Assembly (NCBI GenBank): GCA_000002445.1
Contig: CH464491.1
Location: 3,136,001 to 3,200,000 of the forward strand
Length of the DNA stretch: 64,000 nucleotides
Source of the DNA: Trypanosoma brucei
Taxonomy: Eukaryota
Direction of reading: 5' to 3'
Made by a program: the position numbers and the translations under genes. Below the pieces are notes generated by a model. That model was not told the origin of the DNA. It searched no databases and saw nothing but the letters and a program-made list of their open reading frames with translations. This document shows positions 57,940-64,000 of the stretch, one piece after another (the stretch's first letter is position 1; the number at the start of each line of letters is the position of its first letter).

Positions 57940-59613
57940 ATGTCAGGTTGCGACGGGACGGAGGGCCGCTTTGGTCGAATTTCCTCGTGGGAGCCGAGCA
58001 CGCCACCCGATGTTGTCACCGACTCCGTTGAGGACGCCTTCGAAGAGGTCGCACCTTCGGTGAATGGACCACTCATCGCACGCCTTATTCCGATACGCGA
58101 CGGCTCCACTGCTTCACTGCGGGTACCAATGCCAATACTTGAGATATACAGAGATTCAGGCACTATCACAATGGGCCGCTCAAGGGAACTGCCTGTTGAG
58201 TGCCGCGTAGATGTGGCACGTGTATCAACTCAGCACTGTGAGTTGCGTGTTAATGCTGTCACTCGGCAGGTGACTGTGCGAGACATATCGTTAAATGGAA
58301 CATTCGTAAATGGGAAGCGGTTAGAGAAAGGTGTTGACGTGGAGCTGCAGTCTGGCGACCAAATTTCCTTCGTGAAATCCCTTCCCACTGGTACCACTGC
58401 AACGTCAACTCCGGCACAGACCTCGTCATCTGAGTCTGCAAATGTGAGCAGTGGTGGTGGAAACGGTGCAGAATACGTGTTTCAGAGGGTGTCCAGCACA
58501 CAAAGTGTTTCGCAAATGGTAGAGGAGCTTACGTGCTCCGTGTGCAAACATCTCTACCATCGGCCCTGCAGTGCATTGCCTTGCATGCATGTGTTTTGTG
58601 CTTCGTGTTTGAGCAAGTGGTTAGCGTGCGGTAACGTCACGTGTATGGAGTGCCGTGCGGAGCTGTCAGAGGTTCGCCCAACGCATAAGCTACAGAACTG
58701 TGTAGAGCAACTCTTGAAACTCAACCCGGGGCTCTGTCGTAGCGCCGAGGAACTGGCGGAGTGTGGGTTCAACGACGATATTCCCCCCGAGGGAAGAAAG
58801 TTACTGAAGCGGACACGCAGGGTTCGGGATGATGACGGTGATGACTACTCCGATACGGGGAGTGATCTCGATGATGATGATGATGATTTCGGTAGTGAAT
58901 TCAATACAAGCAGTGGGGGTGATGGCGTTAATGCAACTCATGTTCCTCAACTGTACCAAGGCCAAACGCATGGTCATGCGCCAGCAACTGGGTCTTGCAA
59001 GCACTGTGAAGCTCCTTCTGCGGTGGACGGTTTCCGTTGCCCTGCGAGGGGGATGCACCAGTCTTGTGCACGGTGTCGTCGGCTATTCCCCATGCGTCCA
59101 CTCTGCACTCGGCCGCAACGGTGCCATCTCTGCAGCACCCCGTATTGTAATTTGTACTACAAGGATGAGGGTGGTTGTCCAGTTGGCGCTGACGGGGGCC
59201 TTACCATCGTTTCGCAGTACCGTGCGCCGCAAGCCCTTCCACCAAACCTGTTTGGTGGCAACAAGGTGGAACAAAACATTGTTTCAAGTTATTTGATGGT
59301 CAAACACGTGGTGGTTGAGGATGTTTGGGGAGAATGCCTCCAGAAGTTGAGTGGTCGTGAATGGGTGCCTGATATTACTTGTGTAAATGGGCCTGTGACA
59401 GCAGATTCTGCTCTGTGTGAAGGCTGCATGGACATCCTCTTTGCCGCATTGTTGTTTCATTACCGTCGCTGCATACCTCGTGCTGAGTTACCATATTCTG
59501 TGACGGACAGACCGAACTGTTGGTACGGCCTGAACTGCCGCACACAGTTTCACAACATGCAGCACGCAAACAAATATAACCACGCGTGCTACCAAGAAAA
59601 GCGGAAAGAGTAG
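57940..59613 (+). CDS. FHA-RING E3 ubiquitin-ligase-like protein (CHFR-like architecture) with Cys-rich C-terminal region and acidic D-rich linker.
   Basis: FHA-like core (ITMGRSRELP...VRDISLNGTFVNGKRL). C3HC4-type RING (CSVCKHLYHRPCSALPCMHVFCASCLSKWL...CMEC). DDDDDD acidic tract. C-terminal cluster with at least 12 Cys/His (PBZ/zinc-finger-like). Start taken at MSGCDG; ORF track 57784-59613. Confidence 0.7.
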   Translation: MSGCDGTEGRFGRISSWEPSTPPDVVTDSVEDAFEEVAPSVNGPLIARLIPIRDGSTASLRVPMPILEIYRDSGTITMGRSRELPVECRVDVARVSTQHCELRVNAVTRQVTVRDISLNGTFVNGKRLEKGVDVELQSGDQISFVKSLPTGTTATSTPAQTSSSESANVSSGGGNGAEYVFQRVSSTQSVSQMVEELTCSVCKHLYHRPCSALPCMHVFCASCLSKWLACGNVTCMECRAELSEVRPTHKLQNCVEQLLKLNPGLCRSAEELAECGFNDDIPPEGRKLLKRTRRVRDDDGDDYSDTGSDLDDDDDDFGSEFNTSSGGDGVNATHVPQLYQGQTHGHAPATGSCKHCEAPSAVDGFRCPARGMHQSCARCRRLFPMRPLCTRPQRCHLCSTPYCNLYYKDEGGCPVGADGGLTIVSQYRAPQALPPNLFGGNKVEQNIVSSYLMVKHVVVEDVWGECLQKLSGREWVPDITCVNGPVTADSALCEGCMDILFAALLFHYRRCIPRAELPYSVTDRPNCWYGLNCRTQFHNMQHANKYNHACYQEKRKE

Positions 59614-61536
59614 ACTCTATGGGGAGTGTTGGTCTCGCTGAATGAATGTAAAGGCGTCCTTACGAGCATTTCGAGCGATTGTATTGTGTTTTGTGCCGTG
59701 GCATGTGTGCGGTGTTTGTGTCGTTGCGATGTTGGACTCGTACTGCACCTCCTAGTTGGCTTTCTTGCTTTTGCTTCCTTAACTCGACCGTGAGATGATG
59801 GAAGTAAGGGGTAGAGGAAGGGCATAAAAGAAGGCTATCTGTGCGTAGAAAATATTTTCTGTGTTAAGTTTCAGTATCGAACACTTGTGTAACGTACCAA
59901 CTGATTACAACCACATGGGTACGTACGTTGCGACTGTGCGGGACGCGTAGAAATAAGGGTGAGATTGGATTCTAACATGAAGTCCCCTCCCCTCTCCACT
60001 ACAATTCTCTGTTCCCGTCTTCACCGCTTACTTCTACTTGTCACCACATCTCTTTTATGTGCCCGGTGTTGCGAGAGGAACAGTAGTGAGAGTCCAAGGA
60101 CCAGTTTGTTACGCGTCACAGCACAGATAGGGAAGGGCATAAACCTAAAAGCTGCTGCGTCTGACGGCGACGAGCAGGCGAAACAATGAGCAGTCATTTC
60201 TCCGGTAGGGAGGAGGCGGTGCATCGTTCCAGTTTGTCATATCTTCTTTCACCTAACCGACCGCGTTCTGCTGGGGAGCAGAGATTTATTCGACATGCAG
60301 TGTTTCGTGCCACAGCATTCATTGGGTTTATTTTCTACTTCATTTATTGCAACCCAGAGTACAGTTATACGTATTCGTACCTCCAGAAGGAGTACGGTCT
60401 CGGCCTTGGTGAACCGTGGCTTCCAAAGTTATTGAAGCTACAAAAGAGACCACCAGTGGAGTGAATGACCTGAATTTTGTCGTCTGCTGCGCTACGAAAG
60501 GGTGAGGAGAGTTCTGTGGAGATCAAAAACCGGAGGTGATCATCTTATTTATTGGGGACGTGCGGGAGACAGGTAAGTGGACGGACGATTTATTTCGGTC
60601 CTTAGTTAAGGTATGCCATTACTTCTTCAGTAGCCGTGCTCATTGCGGCACTTCCATCCTGACGTCACAAAGGTTCACGTCATGTGCTTTGTGGCTTCCG
60701 CGCTCCGCGTTAATGGCAGCCTGGAAGCATGTTGAAAGGAGAGCATAAACGACGAATGCCATACCGTTAACGAATTTAAAATCTTTATACAGAGGCGACA
60801 ACCCACTTGTCCATCTCTTTTCATAAGGAAAAATTTGATCGTGCCCGCATGCTGTATCTACGTAGCTGTTTTTTTTATATTTTTTCTTTGTTGCTCATTG
60901 CCAAGGCGTGCAGCGGCGAGTTCAGGGATCTCAATGGCAACTGTAAAACCGTTAAAGCGGTTAACGGCGTTCATCGGGCCGGAAATTGTCTCTTCTTTTC
61001 ACCAGCTGGCGGATTTACGGCTTATATTACATGATCTGTAGTCAAGAGTTTTTGTTTACCTTTCGTATACGGAGCCGTATTACCGGATGAGTGAAATCAT
61101 CCCATCGCGCAGCTGTCGTGGCGCCTCATAACTGCCGTCAAGTGGCTCGGTGGTTGCCACGCTATCAATTCTTTACATACGTCAAATGGTTGGTGTAACT
61201 GGTGACGGCGCTGGTGCAATTGTTCATATCGTTTACGGTACCGTAGGTGATAATGTGTTTGATTGTTTCATCTTATTTTCCAGCTTGTTTTTAGTCTGAA
61301 TTCCTCTAAATCGCACCATCCTCACCCCTTTTTCCTTCTTGAATGTCCCACAACATTCCCTTGATCATACGTGAGAAGTGTAGGCTAGGACGAATTTGAC
61401 AACACCTCAATAAACAAAAATAATAGCTAGCCGCTGTAGGCTGCGAGAGAAAAATATATACATATATATATATTTCCCTTCTCCGTAACAATAAAAGCCG
61501 AAAGGCTGGACAGAGAGTTGAAGCGGTGAGCGGAAG

Positions 61537-62412
61537 ATGTTCAGTGAACCTGTGTATCTGACGATAGGTGATGAGTATGAAAAGCGCGCAGTAAAGCCCT
61601 CGAAGAGCAGAGGCCGCAACTTTATTGTGCCCGTCAAGCGCTCACCACACATCACCGACGCAGTGTTCCAAAAATCATTTATTTCCCTTGCTGTCGGTGA
61701 TGAGTACTTGCCACCTCCACCCGGTGGTACGTTCCGCCAACCGGCTGAGAAAAAGCCAGGGGAGCCACAACCCCTCCCGTTTAAGCCGCCAAGCCGCCCA
61801 CACAAATCATGCGGCAGTGGCTCGTATTACGGCACCTTCAACGAGAAGAACCCACCAAAGCACGAGCCGGAAACGACGATCGCTGAAGTAAAGAAATCCG
61901 GAGCCAACGCTCCTGCTGGTACAGTCCGTAAACCCAACCTCTACACAAACCCGGGTAAGAAAGGGACCTACGGGTACACTGGCCTAACCCTTGGAAGGGC
62001 TGGTGAGGTGCAGTACATATCAGATCCAGTCGGTTGCTGCAGTGGGCAACGTACTCACAGCCCACGCACACAAGCACCGTTCAGTGCGGCAGTGAAGTGT
62101 GGTGGTTGTTTTGATGAGGGGCCACATGGTTTTAGCACGGTGTACGGCATGAACAAACCGTTGCCTATGAGGAAGGTACCTCCGCAGCGTGTATTGCCCC
62201 CAATGAAGCCATGGAGACCCGCCGGCGCACTTGTGAGGGAAATCACCCGCCACCCGGAGTATCAAGAGGACCCCTACGATCTAAAGGAAAAGCGACTTCG
62301 CGAAGAGCGGTTGAAGGAACAGAGTCATAAGCCGTGGTTCCCCTGCGGCACCGATGCGTATCGCCACATTTACACTTATCCTGTGCCGTATAACCCTCCC
62401 CCAGTGGTGTAG
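61537..62412 (+). CDS. Hypothetical proline/glycine-rich protein, 291 aa. Repeated GDEY motif near the N-terminus.
   Basis: Clean ORF in the plus-strand array. No recognisable domain. Confidence 0.45.
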   Translation: MFSEPVYLTIGDEYEKRAVKPSKSRGRNFIVPVKRSPHITDAVFQKSFISLAVGDEYLPPPPGGTFRQPAEKKPGEPQPLPFKPPSRPHKSCGSGSYYGTFNEKNPPKHEPETTIAEVKKSGANAPAGTVRKPNLYTNPGKKGTYGYTGLTLGRAGEVQYISDPVGCCSGQRTHSPRTQAPFSAAVKCGGCFDEGPHGFSTVYGMNKPLPMRKVPPQRVLPPMKPWRPAGALVREITRHPEYQEDPYDLKEKRLREERLKEQSHKPWFPCGTDAYRHIYTYPVPYNPPPVV

Positions 62413-64000
62413 TGTCTAGAGGGGTTATGTAACGGTTGGGGTGTGGTGATGACGTAAGCGGTTGGATGAGCACAAACTTCTGATGTGTTTAAACTCTGCA
62501 CACCATTCTCAGCGTTTGTTACGGGAGGAAGGGGGCGCCTCGATGCCGCTTACGTGGGTGGGTTTGTGGGAGGTTATGACTATGCAATGTTGGATTAAAT
62601 ATGTATATTTTTCTATTTCAAGGGGTTTAGATTGCTGATTCAATAGTTAGAAGGCGAGCATGTATCGCGTTTGTTGGGTATACCGTTCCTCCTCCCCATC
62701 TCAACACATACTGTCTCCGTTAGATGAAGTGAGGTAACATCGGCCCTGTGGTGCGAGGGGGAACATGATTAGGTTTACTGGTTCGACTCTGTGCATATGT
62801 GTCCACTGCAGGGTCCGGTCTGTACTGTTCATACAAATATATGTAAGACCTCATTCACTTTTTTTCGGTTAGTTAATTACTCCTTTCTTCCATCTGATTT
62901 TTTTCCTGTTTGTTTCCCCGAAATTTCTCGATATCTGACTTTTATGTATTTGAGCGCCTGCGTATGTATGTGGTTGCAATGGAAAGGGTTCGGGCTGTGC
63001 TTTCTTCCGCTCTTTCCTCCCGTGTTTTCCTGATTTAACCGCAAAACTGTCGATTTGCCTCATAGGCCGCAAAAGGGAAGTGTGACCGGCCGGAGGAAAG
63101 TGCGGAAGAAAGGAAAGAAAGGCTTAAAGTGATTACTGAAAATGCGGGGAAGCGGAAGAAGGATAATAGTAATAGACGCGTATGAAAGTATGTGAGTGAG
63201 TATGTGAGTGTGTGTGTGTGTGTGCTTGTGGGGGGACGGTTTGCGGCTCTTATGTGAGGACTGGTGCACATCTTTCACTCTACCCTCTTTCACATGCAAC
63301 TGCGTGGGAAACCCCTTGAAGTAAAAAAGAGAAGGAACATTTTCATATGGAATATGAAGGTTTGAAAACTCTGCGAATGGTGGAACCAATAATACGCCGG
63401 GATACACAACCAGCGTGTTAAGGAATGAGAGAATACAAACCGAAAGATTGGGGTAAAACTCAGAGGAAGTACGTGGGTAAACTGGTTGAGATGCGCGAGT
63501 GAGCTAAGCAACAAACAGAAAGAAGTCACATGGAAAATTATCCCGCTGTGTGTATGTGTGTATGTGTGTGTGTTTATTCCTCCCTTATATGTGCCGTGCC
63601 CACAATATCACTGATGTACATAACCAAGGGATCTCACTATCTCAAGGGTTTGAAAAGAAAAAAAGACAAAAAAATATGGATGAAGAAGCAGAAAAGAACG
63701 AGCTTACTTGTAAAAGCATCTCCCCCCCTTTTTTGTTAAACCATTAAAAAAAAACCTCCGTTAGTACTATGTCAACTGTTGACAAGGTTAACGTCGCCGT
63801 CTATGGAGGTGACAATAACGGATACGATGAACCGCCGAAATATCTGAAGAAAAGGAGGGAAAAGGAAAGGGGATTGAGGCGCTCGGGAGAGTAATGAAAG
63901 GAGTTTATTTCTTTGTTCCGTATTGTTTCAGCGATGAAACTCCTCACAATATCCGGCCCGCCAATGTTGCTGTTGCCCTTCGTGATTTGCCCCTGTATGA

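Noticed and set aside
63779-63893. Short ORF MSTVDKVNVAVYGGDNNGYDEPPKYLKKRREKERGLRRSGE (about 41 aa) at the right edge.
   Set aside because: Too short, and possibly the start of a gene truncated by the window end. Cannot be supported.

Overview
This window reads like nuclear DNA from a kinetoplastid (trypanosomatid). The evidence is intron-free ORFs packed head-to-tail on one strand for tens of kb (a polycistronic layout), a polypyrimidine tract plus AG upstream of most ORFs (trans-splice signals), and intergenic DNA rich in homopolymers and (TA)n, (ATT)n and (CCT)n microsatellites. Gene content also fits trypanosomatids: PEX11, the GPI12/PIG-L deacetylase, single-RRM RNA-binding proteins, a kinesin, and EF-hand and coiled-coil proteins. 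A 100-N scaffold gap (13245-13344) marks this as a draft assembly. All calls are from reading the sequence; no searches were run.

The window has three parts.

(i) 1-15 kb is a repeat-structured region. A roughly 2.9-kb unit carries two small genes, a 121-aa coiled-coil protein and a 121-aa multi-transmembrane protein. It occurs three times. Two copies are direct (1012-3899 and 6988-9102). The third is inverted (about 11297-14915). Copy 2 together with a G-rich arm B, and the inverted copy 3, form a near-perfect palindrome of about 2.7/3.6 kb arms around a 1.6-kb unique spacer (9671-11296). Genes point away from the centre on both sides.

(ii) 15-19.7 kb has a short minus-strand stretch with one convincing ORF (17691-18680). 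It is followed by a divergent strand-switch region (about 18.7-19.7 kb) that contains a G12 tract.

(iii) 19.7-64 kb carries at least 16 plus-strand ORFs. These include a WD-repeat-like protein, a HAT/TPR-like helical repeat protein, a PEX11-family protein, the GPI12 deacetylase, endonuclease III, two paralogous RRM proteins, an EF-hand/coiled-coil protein, a protein with five C-x-F-x-P motifs, a kinesin and a CHFR-like FHA-RING ligase. The two RRM genes bracket a 1299-aa DEAH/RHA helicase that has an RWD domain and two CCHC zinc knuckles.

The most unusual feature is a 9.7-kb ORF-free, low-complexity tract (36352-46044) directly downstream of the second RRM gene. Other points of interest are the palindromic triplicated mini-gene locus and a 50-bp tandem-repeat expansion that spans the assembly gap.
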